A stretch of DNA of 64,000 nt from Catajapyx aquilonaris (lineage: Eukaryota), in assembly GCA_000934665.2 (NCBI GenBank), contig JYFJ02000716.1, forward strand, positions 1-64,000, given 5' to 3'. The position numbers were made by a program, and so were the translations under genes. Below, piece by piece: positions 36,240 through 48,415 of the stretch. A model generated the notes under the pieces. The model worked only from the letters and a program-made list of their open reading frames with translations, made no database searches and was not told the origin of the DNA. Numbering within the stretch: the stretch's first letter is position 1; every line of letters starts with the position of its first letter.

Positions 36240-39004
36240 TTATTTGGTTTTAAGCTTGTTAATTCTTATAGTCATCTGAATATGCTCTTTGGGGATGTCT
36301 TTGTCTCCCCAGCCCCACACAGGATGGGTACCGTCTCCTGTTCTCTTAACTCGAGCTCGGATCATATCATGAGAAACCGCCTTCAGATCGTAGGCCCAGC
36401 CAATCAGAGAGAACAAATCAATCATCAGCCTGGTAGAGTTAAATCCTCTGTAGAAGACCATATCCGACGCCCTGTAGTCCCACGGAAATACGTGGTGGTA
36501 GTTGTGGTAGCCTTCTCCTTGACCGATGATGCCCATAAAGATGGAATCTGTCGCTTGAATATATCTGGAAAAAATTAAAGCAATGTGTAGCCCAACAATT
36601 CGTAAAATGATTAATATGATCTTTATATGTAAAGTGTGGTTAATGAGGACGGAAATATTACTGGGCAGTAATATTTATAAGTACAGGGTACTTAGAAAAT
36701 ATTGTATCAGCTAGAACTTACTTGTCATATGGTTTATTTCCATAATAATGAGCATAACTGTTGATGAGCCATGTCAGGTTAGCACTGACAGAGTACCTTC
36801 CCACTGCGCAGATCAAGAAGCACGTAACCCAACTCTCAAAAGTGACCATTTTGAAGACCAGGGTTGGAAACACGTACAGGCTGAAGTAGGCCATCGGTAC
36901 ATAGTGCCTGAAGAGTAAGGAAACAGTGACCTATCCGTGATATATGAATTCTTATATTTATCTTGCACACTGTAGTATACTTGTGCTGCCACATGATTAG
37001 AGGATCTTTCTCCAGGTCGCTCATGTCCACCAGCTTTCCTTTGGTCTTGACGTCCGGATGTTTTTTGCACAAAAGCCATCCCATGTGGGCGAAGAAGAAT
37101 CCTCTCTTGATGTTATGAGGATCAGCATTGGTCTCGGTGAACTTGTGATGAACCCTGTGGTCTCTCACCCACACGTACGCTGAATTCTGGCAAGACATAA
37201 GCAATGTACTTCACTGCTCAAAGAGACAAATTGGTTGTCCTACTTTTACCTGCACAGCCAAAGTTTGAAAAACGAGCAAAAGAATCCGCAGCGGAAGTCT
37301 GGCTTTGTATGCTCGATGAGCCCACAGACGATGTGCGCCTCCGGCTATGCCAAGGTTAGTCATTCCTATGTACAGTATACCTGAAAATGATGTTGCATCG
37401 TGTAAAATAATTTTTTAAAAATTGACAGCAGTGTTCGAAATAACCAAAACCACCTGTTTTGAATTGAGGACCCTTCACGACGTGTGGAATGTGATTCCAC
37501 GTGGTCAGTTCGGATTACCCAAGTCTACTTTGCTTATACCGGTGTTGTGGCCATGGCATTAATGATCACGTAACAGTAAACTGAAGATGTTGTAAGACAT
37601 AATCTGGAAAAATTGTGCCAGGCGGATTGCCTTGAACTCTCGACAACACTTTCTCGCACAACTATTACGTGGAATAAGGATTGCCCCTTTGAAGTAGAGT
37701 TCATTCAACGTGGTTGCAGGCACAACAATTTTTTAACAATTAGGTCAATCTTCGGGTTAGTGTATTTTTGTACCATAGTAATGAAGAAAGACTGCCAAAG
37801 AGAGTCACTTTCGTCCTCATTGGAATATAATAAGTATCCTGTTCAATTTTTAACTTATAGTTTGAACGGAGCCTGTGTGGGCCTAGTGTACAAGACCGGT
37901 TGCAATTTCTTTTAGGAGCCATTATTATTTTTATGACGGATAAGAGAGAATGGGCACAGTGATCAGCAATAAGACCAGGTTGCATGACTTACTCGTAAGA
38001 TAGAGACTGGCCTGTACGAGGGAGAGGATAAGATGCATTCCCATGAAGAGCTACTGGGGAATTATTTTGACTAATGCCAGTACACGTCAGTTGTTGGGGT
38101 TTCTGTTATGATTCACATAATGTTGAAACGTGAAATGTACGTGCGTTGTACTTGAGAAAAAGCTGAGCAACTGAGGCATGCAAAGGAAAGATATAGTGTA
38201 TAGGAAAGAATAGAAGATACGAGAACAGAACAAACTCTAAAAAGTAATAAAATTTAAATTGATCAGTATCTTACATACGTTCATTTAGACCTACTGTATA
38301 CACTACAGTGATTATAGTATTGCTAAAATAATATACACAAACTCCTGGAGCACGGAACGCATTAGTCAGAAAACAAAGTTCAGTTGGATTGCTGTTGTAA
38401 TTAATATAATATTGTTGACAAAATCTGATGAACCATTAGCAACAGGCCCAATTCAGACAGGGAATACAAAGGTATATGACAATAATCTAGAAATTATCGC
38501 CACTCTCAGAGCAGCAATCGTGTTTGAATTCAACACAACCTGTTAGATATAATAAATTGCTAAACTGGTTTTTCACCCGGAATAATTTCACTCGGAATAT
38601 TATGTGCTACATTCTTTATACTGTATTAAGCAAAGGAGAGATCAATGTCATCATACACCCCTAATATTATTAAATGTAAATTTTTACGTTATTAAACTAT
38701 TGAGTTTGTTTATTTTATCTCCTAAAACTACTTTGCTTCTAAGTCCAACCCTGACAATAAGATTCTTCTTACCGAGAATGACAGTCCTGAGATAGAGCTG
38801 GCCGGTGAAGGTGGCAATAAGGGCGTATATCCCGCAGCCATGAATGAAGACCGATCTAGTTATGTTGGACCACACCAGTTCCACTTCGAAGTCCTTTTCC
38901 TCCGATTCCTTTGTTTCCACTGCGGAAATGACCTCTGGTTCAACCACAGGGTCCTTTTCGTCCAGAACGCCAGTGTAAACATCGCTGGACGTATTGGCCA
39001 CCAT
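36240..39004 (-). CDS. Acyl-CoA desaturase, copy B, ~359 aa, signature QATD
   Basis: Exons 39004-38773, 37380-37250, 37186-36981, 36907-36722, 36564-36240. Three His boxes intact; same intron positions as copy A. Confidence 0.92.
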
Positions 39005-39582
39005 ATTTTACCTGCTTCTGTAATTAAAATGTTAATTTGATTCCACGTTTCACATCATCATATTATTTTCCAGTTATTGCTTGCAGCTTAAAGACTTTTT
39101 ATCCGTGCCAAAAACGATTCAATATGAAAGATGAAAAGTATGTAAGTTAAACCCTGTCTTCTCAGGGTCTTACTTGACCAGAATGAACATTTGGGTATAT
39201 GTAAAGATTCCTAAACAAAATTGCTTGAAAATACGCATACTTTTGTAATACAAGGTAATTATTATGAAACCCAGAAAAAGTTTCGAAACCATGTCGAAAA
39301 AAATCAAATACCAATAATGCATCGCTTACCTACAGTTCATATTATTATAGATGTCGACTTTGTATTTTTCTTCCGCATACAAATAAGAGCTAATAAGTGT
39401 ATCATGTCATGCTAATTTGATTTTTCATAACACTGTGCGTGCCAGTAAATTGCGCCAACCACACCTATATATACAAATGAGGATGTGGCATAATACCAAC
39501 CAGCGTCAAACTTTGTATTTATTGCGCATAAATAGCTCATCTGCGTGAATCCATCTCCTGTGAGAGAGTGCCTTGAAATATA

Positions 39583-39811
39583 CGTGAAAGTATATAGGAT
39601 TAACATCACGCCATATACACTTAACACCACAATAATTATATAAGTGCTATTTCTTGGTGTCTCTTATAAATGCGAAAAGATCAAAAAATTGATCAAACTT
39701 TGATCAATTTCTTGATTTTTTCGCATCAGAGACACCAAGAAACAGCACTTATATAATATCATTATTATGGTGTTCAGTGTATATGGCGTGATGTTAATCC
39801 TATACTTTTAC
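39583..39811. repeat. ~230-bp imperfect palindrome (foldback MITE-like)
   Basis: ataggattaacatcacgccatatacact...(centre ttgatcaaactttgatcaa)...agtgtatatggcgtgatgttaatcctat. Confidence 0.8.
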
Positions 39812-39813
39812 TA

Positions 39814-39877
39814 TGTGATTGGATGGTCAAAGGTGTCTTGGTTTAACCAATAAGACACCTTTGACCTGCCAATCACA
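39814..39877. repeat. 64-bp hairpin
   Basis: tgtgattgg-at-ggtcaaaggtgtctt...aagacacctttgacc-tg-ccaatcaca. Confidence 0.7.
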
Positions 39878-40039
39878 CTGTCTGAGAATTGAGCTGGACA
39901 TGTTATTGCAATGTTTTGAGGGCGTGGGTGCCAATCTCGACCAATACCTTACTGTCCATTTCAAGCGTTGGTCGATGTAAGGATGAACTTATTTGTAACC
40001 TTGCACATAAGTGGAATTTTGCACCCAAATAATAACTAA

Positions 40040-40170
40040 GGATCGGTTTCATCAAGCGCGGTTTTCATTTTTTTTAAACCCGGTTCTTTCGGAAAATTCC
40101 TATTCTATTTGCAGGGATTTTCCGAAAGAACCGAGGTTTTTATGAAAACCGGGCTTGGTGAAACCGGCCC
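40040..40170. mobile_element. Palindromic PIF/Harbinger (Tourist)-like MITE
   Basis: Termini GGATCGGTTTCATCAAGC / GCTTGGTGAAACCGGCCC flanked by TAA / TTA; the whole element folds back. Confidence 0.6.
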
Positions 40171-42434
40171 TTAGTATTATAGATCTGAACGTGTCCAATA
40201 CTTTTCTTAATCGGCATTCCTATAATAATAGCTATATCCGTTTGTGTATACATACCGCCGTTTTATGTTTGGTAGTAGGCCTATTCTGCTACAGGTAGCC
40301 TACTGTGCAAGAAGATGTGCTATGAAAGACTGACTTATTAGAGGCACGTTATACGTGACGCCGCGTCGAGATGGTTCAGAAAGGTGCGCACGGTGCGCAG
40401 GTTACGGAGCCGCATCTCTGGCAAGATCTCTGGCATGTACAAGAGCTAATAAGTTGCATGTACCCTGTGCAAATTCGCACCAACTGAGCTGCGCAGCCAG
40501 TAAGCAGCATTCGGATGAGCCACCTTTACCTGCGCATCAAGTCGGTTTAATACGGATTTTTCCTGCATTGTAACCCTTTACCTGCGCATCAGTCGATTTT
40601 AAGAGAAGATATCATTTCCGTGTTTATTCCCACGGCAATTAATTTTCATAAATTATTATAGTTGGTTACGTGATATGAAGGTGAAGGAAGTATAGCTGCG
40701 AATAATTTCAGACCGCCACGTTTTGCCAGGTGCCTCTGACGTACAAGCACAACCTTGCAAATTGCATTAATCAGTTTATCCGTATCTCTATAGTCATGTG
40801 AAGGTTCTAAAGACTTTTGAATGGTACAGTAGGACAATCACAGCTTCTCTATGGTGCATGAGTGAAAGAATGTTCATCCAGTTTATCGCCTGAAAGATCC
40901 GTGTAATATCTTGATTTTTGCTTCTTCTCAAACTATTTAAAGCCAATACTCTCCTTGTAGTGGAGGCACTTTGCAATTTGTGATTATTTCATTCGTCATT
41001 AATCATTATGCTACCATAACCTTAATATCTGAATTTCACACAGCTCTTACACCCAGGTATGATGCAAGGAATATGATGCACAATTTCTTGAAACTCTTCA
41101 GAGTCATGAGTTAGAAGTTACTGTTCATTATCATAATGCGCAATAATGCTCATATATTATGAAGTATCCTTCCAGCAAGTTTATTCAGATGTATAGGATC
41201 TGTCACAAGAGATATAGCCAGCATGTTAAGGCGAAAATATTTTTATGCCCCTTTACGCGGAACGCCTCTGTATTGTTCACAAACATGTAATGACGATATA
41301 AAAATTACAGCTGTTATTCTCGTATTTTTTCAAGCATGAAAATATAGTGAAAACATTTTTCCGCTTTGATTGAAAGGTATATTCTCACGCTGGGAATACA
41401 CGATATGACGCTATATACGTATTCCATCTCCATGTGATGTGAGAGCAATGAAAAGTACGATATACGTCTCTCATAATATGCATTGGCATTGACAGGCTCA
41501 CGTTTACAACAACGATGTGATGTCTTCTTCATCTTCATATGGCAGGCTAATCTCAAGACAAATAGCATGTAAAATGCAAAAGCATAAACAGTTGTCGTTG
41601 GTGCAAATTATTGTTATTATTATGCAGTTCTCCGTCAGATACATTACTTGCGTCACTTCTCTGTAATAATTATATTCCCCTGCTCTTGAAGTAACAGGTC
41701 TCAACATGCAAGGACGTAATGTTTCTGATCTTGAATCAACAACCGGTGGATATTTTTACCTATTGGGCAATTGGCATTATATAACTACTCGCAACTACAC
41801 CCTGTCGAAGACTCGTTATACGAGATATACTCATAGAAAGATTTCACTGCATTATATTATTAGCCCAGTCATTTTAGGTTTTGACCCAAAAAAAAATCGT
41901 GTAAAGCTGGAAATTGGTACAGAGGTACTATTCGACCCCATGAACAAGACACTAAAAGTCCTGAGAAATCCGAAGACCGGAACATGGTTTTTAACAAGCA
42001 TAAAGGTCCTAAGTGACAAAAACATCGACATTTCACTCCAGAGTGAGCAGTTTGGCTCGAAATCATCCCAGAATGCTCGTAAGTAACTTGTTTTAAACGT
42101 GAGTGTGTGGGTGTAATCACAGATCCAAACTTTGGCCGGAAGAATTTAAAAAAACAGTAAGAAAAGGTCATTTTTATTAAATATTACAAATACAGGTTAT
42201 ATGATTACGGCCAACAAAATTGAATATTTATCTTGGGTACCTTGAAGGTTAGACCGATTTTAGGGTATATTTGTGGCGCTGATTCCAAAACTGGCATCCG
42301 TTGTGCCCCATCAGCGCTGGTTTTTGAGATATATCGTTTCAAAGTTTGGACCGGTTTACTTTCCGAATCAAGTGAGCCGAAACCTTTTTACATCTTCTCA
42401 GATCTAGGGGAAAATAATCACAGATGTAGTGATA

Positions 42435-43017
42435 CAGATACTTCTATAAGTCGAATCTTCATGGGACCGGAAAAAATTCAAGTTATAGAAGATTCGAGTT
42501 AGAGAAGTTTGGAATTTTTAAAGATCAAAACCCTATAAGGAAACCTACCTTTATATCCAGCGACAAAAGGTGTTCAAAACTTAAAAATAACTGTCACTAT
42601 CACACATACAATGTACCTCATTGTTTTATTGTAAAAAAAAATCCCCGTTATGGACATTTGCCTACTATTAGATTCAAGGATTCCATTGTCACAAGCGAGT
42701 CAAACACTTCTTTCGGTAATGTATGGTAGACGGAGATCAGGAAATTGAGCCTTTCTGCGCATGTGGCCTATACTCTTGACCATTCGGCTGGGCAATGAGA
42801 AAATTTTCCGTACTCGCCAACATGAACTTCGACTTAGGGAGACTGAAAATGCATTGATATCCCATCGTAAGGCCCTGCCTGCACTTCGAGTTATAGAAAT
42901 TCGAGCTAGGGAAGTTTATTTCCTATTATTTTACATTGTGACCAACCAAGCTCATCATTTTATTCGACTTATAGAGAACTTCGACTTAGGGAAGTTCGAC
43001 TCATGGAAGTTTTACTG
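42435..43017. mobile_element. Tc1/mariner-pogo-type MITE nested in the left arm of the foldback element
   Basis: TA-CAG...ACTTCTATAAGTCGAA / TTCGACTCATGGAAGTTTTACTG-TA; internal TTCGA(G/C)TTAT/AG subrepeats; absent from the right arm. Confidence 0.75.
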
Positions 43018-43282
43018 TATGCCTATATGCCATAATTCTGCATATCAAGTTTCATCCACATTGCGCAATACCATTTGGAAAAAATCGAGAAACTTTGAAA
43101 ATGTCTGAAAATTAGGCCTCTTTTGGAGATTTTTATTTCGGTTAGTGGAATTGGTCAAAACCCAATGAACATATATATCAAAAGAAAGACACACCAGGAG
43201 AATGCGCCGATGGAATTAGTTTTTCTCTATAATGTAAATAAAATAATTTATTTTTACATTTCATTGGTCACTTGCTTAGACA

Positions 43283-43624
43283 CATTCCTTCATTCCTTCA
43301 TATACATCACGACTTTTCCTATATTGGGGTGCCTGCGGATAATGAGGAGCAGGTCCTCCTTACCCTCAGATAATTGCAAGGGGGGGGGGGATACAACAGA
43401 TTGCCGACAGGACAGGCTATGCTGGGATGTTGACTTCGGCGGTGTCCCAGGTGACGTCCACCAACAAAGGACGGGCGAGGCAGGAGTACCATCTCATTTC
43501 TGAGTTGTTGGCACCACCAGACCGCATCCCGTTGCCTTGCATGGGACGAAGGAGGACAGCAAAACCTCCAGGCCTCCAGATGGAACGCCTTCTACTTGCC
43601 GAATGAACTGGTTATGCTGGGATG
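43283..43624 (-). mobile_element. Short non-LTR retroelement insert with a simple-repeat tail
   Basis: Flanked by direct repeat (TTG)CTTAGACA (43272-43282, 43625-43635); minus-strand 3' tail ATGAAGGAATGAAGGAATG; absent from the right arm. Confidence 0.6.
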
Positions 43625-44486
43625 TTGCTTAGACATATGCCCAAGAATTAGGACCCCGACAATTAGTGATCTATTTCCGATACATCAGTTGTATTATGTG
43701 ACACTAGTTGTGACTGGCACAAGGTTCACTCTGTTAAGTTTGAGGCCTGACTCATGCATGGTTCTCCAGATAATAATTGATATCTTTTGCTGACATAGCA
43801 TTAAAAATGGTATATCTGCAAAACATATCTATTATTATCTGGAGAACCATGCATGAGCCAGGCCTCAAACTTAACATACTGAACCTTGTGCTGGTCACAA
43901 CTATAGTGTCACTAAGTACAACTGATATAACGCAAATACATCACTAATTGTGCAAGTGACCAATGAAATGTAAAAATAAATTATTCTAGTTATATTTTAG
44001 AGAACAACTAATTCCAAAGGCACATTCTCCTGGTGTGTGTCTTTCTTTTGATATACAGTATATGTTCATCAAGTTTTGACCAATTCCACTAACCAAAAAA
44101 AATCTTCAAAAGAGGCCTAATTTTCGGCCATTTTCAAAGTTTCTCGATTTTTTCCCTCCAAATGGTATTGCGCAATGTGGATGAAATTTGATATGCAAAA
44201 TTATGGCATATATCTGTACATCTGTGATTATTTTCACCAAGATCTGAGAAGATGTAAAAAGATTTCGGCTCACTTGATTCGGAAAGTAAATCGGTCCAAA
44301 CTTTAAAACGATATATCTCAAAAACCGCAGCGCTGATGGGGCACAACGGATGCCAGTTTTGGAATCAGCGCCACAGATATACCCAAAAATCGGTCTAACC
44401 TTCAAGGCACCCAATAAGATAAATATTCCATTTTGTTGGCTTGTGTAATCATATAACCTGTATTTGTAATATTTAATAAAATGACC

Positions 44487-44897
44487 GAAGCAGCAGCAGC
44501 TGAGGGGATTTGGTATCCGGCTGCAAATCGGGAGGTCCAGGGATCAAATCCCCAGGCCGGCAACTCTGACCGTGGTTTTCTGTGGTTTCCCACGGTCCCC
44601 CCAGGTAAATACCGGAGTTGTTTCCTAATCGTAGGCCACAGCCGCTTCCTGCCTTCCCTATCCCTGCCCCGTACTGGAGGAGGTGCGGCGTTTGTGGGAG
44701 GCCTCTTACCCGCACCTAGAGGGTCGTCTTTCAACCTAGCCCTCTGGGGGACTGCACACGGCCTCCGCCATGAGACATTGCACTTGCACCACTGTCCCCC
44801 CCTCCATTCCAGCACTGGAGAGACAGAAAATGGTAGAAAAAACCTCCCCCCTACATAAGCCAGAAGGCTTCAAGGGTGTAATTTTTTAAAAAAATAA
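44487..44897 (+). mobile_element. tRNA-derived SINE nested in the right arm of the foldback element
   Basis: Degenerate A box (GCTGAGGGG) and B box (GGATCAAATCC); central GGTTTTCTGTGGTTTCCC...GGCCACAGCCGCTTCCT segment; A-rich tail; 12-bp TSD AATAAAATGACC (44475-44486, 44898-44909); empty site in the left arm at ~42165-42180. Confidence 0.8.
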
Positions 44898-47073
44898 AAT
44901 AAAATGACCTTTTCTTACTGTTTTTTTATATTCTTCTGGCCAAAGTTTGGATCTGTGATTACACCTACACACTCACGTTCAAAACAAGTTACTTACGAGC
45001 ATTCTGGGGTGATTTCGAGCCAAACTGCTCACTCTGGAGTGAAATGTCGATGTTTTTGTCACTTAGGACCTTTATGCTTGTTAAAAACCATGTTCCGGTC
45101 TTCGGATTTCTCAGGACTTTTAGTGTCTTGTTCATGGGGTCGAATAGTACCTCTGTGCCAATTTCCAGCTTTACACGATTTTTTTTAAGGTTCGACCAAA
45201 ATTTAATCTAAAATGACTGGGCTATATACAGCATAGTAGGCAAAATACCCAAATTCACCACATGTTGTGATTTAAATTGGCAAATGGAACTTGTCGGGTA
45301 ACTAAACTTAAACAGTCTTTCGTTATTTAACAAGGCAATATGCATACGAGTAAATGTGGGCTAAAGTGACCTGATATAGAGCAATGTTTATCGTGGCTGG
45401 AAAGCAATTTTCTTTCAAGGTCATCAAGTGGAAGTAACGGGAAGTTGACAAGTGTATCATTGAACGAACCTGTTCTTCCGTCATAGGTGCGCCTTGTTAA
45501 ATGACTAAAGCATCAATTTACTTGATAATAAAATGATATTTTGCCTGTTCTGTAAAAAAAAAAAAAAGAGTGAGAATAGCAAGCACGTTATCCGACGACT
45601 AAAAACCATTAATCGGCTTAAATAAATAAGAAAATATTTTCGAACTGTACAGCCAAACAAAAACTATGTTCTGCGAAATATATTGTTGGTGCCACCCTTT
45701 TCTGAAGCAACAATTATTATTGCTCTGCGTAATTAGTTATATTTATTTATTTATTTATTTATTTTTATTTTATTTACCCCGTTATGGAGCAGTGGTCTCT
45801 TGAGGGTACGTAATTAGTTTTATTCGTTATACTGGTACCTATTGTGCAAAAAAAGTTTTGTTTTAAACATTAAATCGGCATTCCGAATGGATGCAATATT
45901 TTAATGTTTCCCGGATAGTCAAACGATGATTTATTTTAGTTTGGTTGCTTTTCCTACATGAATTTAATTTAAATTGTTTATGCGAATTTTTCCGGTTATT
46001 ACTATAGCAGAAAAATTGTTTTCCATTAGCTTTTGCGACATCGAGGCGACATCGACAGAAGTGACACTTTCACCTGCACATCCATATTGAAAAATATCTC
46101 CTCCATAATATTCATCCTGAATAGATCTCACGAAGGGCAAGATTATGTCATGCTGAATAATGAACCTTTGAATTTTCCGACGGATGCTTTTGTGAATACA
46201 AAAAAGTGTTTCTTACACATAGTGTATTGCAATGGATCCGAAAAACACACATTTTCTGATTTAAAATTAAAATGTTGTTATGCTATTTAAAGTTAGGTAC
46301 TATCTCGTATGTGTAACAGCCTCTGAATCAATGGAAGTGTTACAGGCTGTAACCGTGGCATGTGATGACTCCTTGATATTATTATATTTGTAAAAAAGCT
46401 GCCGGAAACTAAATGACATATGTAGGCATACACATAAAGTGATTCTATGATGCCATAAGTCTGCCTGAATTATTGTGAAACTCCTACAAACAAAGACTTG
46501 GTTGCGTGCGAATGATCTAATTAACATTCAAGCCAATTTGTCTAATTGGGCATTGCCATGCTTCCAAGCATAACTACATTGAGGATCACTACTTGTAGAT
46601 TTTTATCTGTAGCAAAGATTTCAAAATAAGCATAATTAAGCCTTTTACAGCAAGTTAAGTGAAATAATTACAGGAAGCACTGTCTAGTCATAAATTCTTA
46701 CCTTGTTTTCTTTATGAAAATGGCGACAAAAGCGACTGTCCCTCCCGCTTCTGAATGCGCTATTTTGTCACTATAAACAGTCGTCACTCTCTAAAGCTGT
46801 ACATGCTATGCATCTAGGCAGCTTCTAGGTGTCCTGTCTCGGGTAACTGACCGCCGTAACTACTGTCACCATCGAAAGATCCGGAGTAGTTTTAACGTTC
46901 ACTAGGTCGTATCCCCCTTGAAGCTACTTTCCAACATGATTTTCTTGAATTCAGATACGACGACAAGTTTAGCAGAAAAAAATTCTGGTTACACTAGGTG
47001 CAGTCAGTTTCAGGATAACTTGACCCAACTAATAAAGCTATCCAATCAATTTACACTCTCCTCCTATACTCAG

Positions 47074-47144
<71 letters not shown>
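47074..47144. repeat. (ATT)n microsatellite, ~23 units
   Basis: Read directly from the sequence. Confidence 0.95.
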
Positions 47145-47146
<2 letters not shown>

Positions 47147-48415
47147 TAATGAACTTCGCAATCAGTAAGGGGTATATAGTAATATTGAGAGAAAGGTGTG
47201 AGATTATTGCTACAGGACAAGTTAGTAGTGCTTGTAGTCATGAACACATTCCTGTGAAGCGTGGGACGGTGCTGGGTATTGTAAAAAAATATTTAACAGG
47301 TACTTGCCAGACTTACAAGTTTGAGAGACTTTCAAGTGCCTTCCCTTCTCGTCAGGCAGCTCGTTGATATGAGTTTAGATCTTAAAAGTTGGGGGTCATC
47401 TTGCAAAATATTTGTGCAATTTAATGTTAACGTGATGATTATTTTGGCGTCTTCCGGCAGGAATTCCTGAAATATGTGAATTGTGTGTGACGTAGACGTC
47501 TATTATGAACACAAAATTTGTATCCTTTATAAAGATAAGTACTTACAAATATAGCCCATTACCTGTGATTATCTCTTCACATTTTCTTCTCTTCACTTCC
47601 CCTTTTCCCAAAGAATGCACGTCAGCAGTCCAAGGATATAAGTTAATACACTGCAACATTATCACAATTCATATTGCGCCGCATAAATGACTGCAGGTTT
47701 AACGTGAGAACAAGACACCTCATATTATATTGTATTAAGTTTGATGGAGTTGTGTTCCTTAGGGACCTCCCAAGAAGTTTAAAGGCATTAGCTGCATCAT
47801 GTAATAAAATATTTATTTTATAATATAATTTGTTTACTTATTACACATTTGAATAACGACTGACAACAATCTAAACTCGTTTATTTTACAACACTGGCTG
47901 AAGTGAGCATCGTGTTTCACTTACATGATGCATTTAGAGGGCCAGACGCGCTCGAGACGCGATCACTGCTCACTCACCGCGGTCGTCAATGAGACCTTTA
48001 GTAGCACCAATAATTTGGTCAGGTGTTTAATATTACACTTGGTTTATTGAAAAATTAGTCCGAGATAATTATTATAATGTTTCATACAATACTGGCAATG
48101 TTGAGCAATCCAAGAGAGTGATATGCAGACACTGACGCCACAGTGATTAAAACAATGTCGCTGACATTATTTTGTGACCACAATTATACACTGAGGGATT
48201 GTATTTTACAGCGTAATGAGGAGCATTTAAACAATTAATTTCTTACGGTTAACCCAAAGTCGCCGAGATTTATGCAACACACTAATATACTGTATTTTCT
48301 CAGCTCAAAATACATTGTACTGTATAAACCCGTATTGTACCTGCTTGAATACCAGTATAAGAATAAGACTTGTTAGCCCTTTTGATTACATTTTTACAGC
48401 CTTTAGGAAGCAATA

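Larger units (their letters stand above)
41861..45224. mobile_element. Non-autonomous Academ-like foldback transposon (~1-kb inverted arms, centre ~43804) with three nested insertions
   Basis: Termini TAGCCCAGTCATTTTAG / CTAAAATGACTGGGCTA; 3-bp TSD TAT (41858-41860, 45225-45227). The arms are reverse complements up to an AAA loop. Superfamily inferred from the TAG termini and 3-bp TSD. Confidence 0.75.

Noticed and set aside
44487..44570. tRNA gene
   Set aside because: The A and B boxes are degenerate, no cloverleaf forms, and it is the head of a TSD-flanked SINE.
41706..45188. Paired near-identical ORFs on opposite strands (e.g. 41869-42171 and 44904-45188; 42233-42502 and 44106-44414)
   Set aside because: They are by-products of the inverted arms of the foldback element and have no recognisable protein motifs.
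46918..47367. 149-aa ORF with a poly-Ile run
   Set aside because: The run is the translation of an (ATT)n microsatellite.
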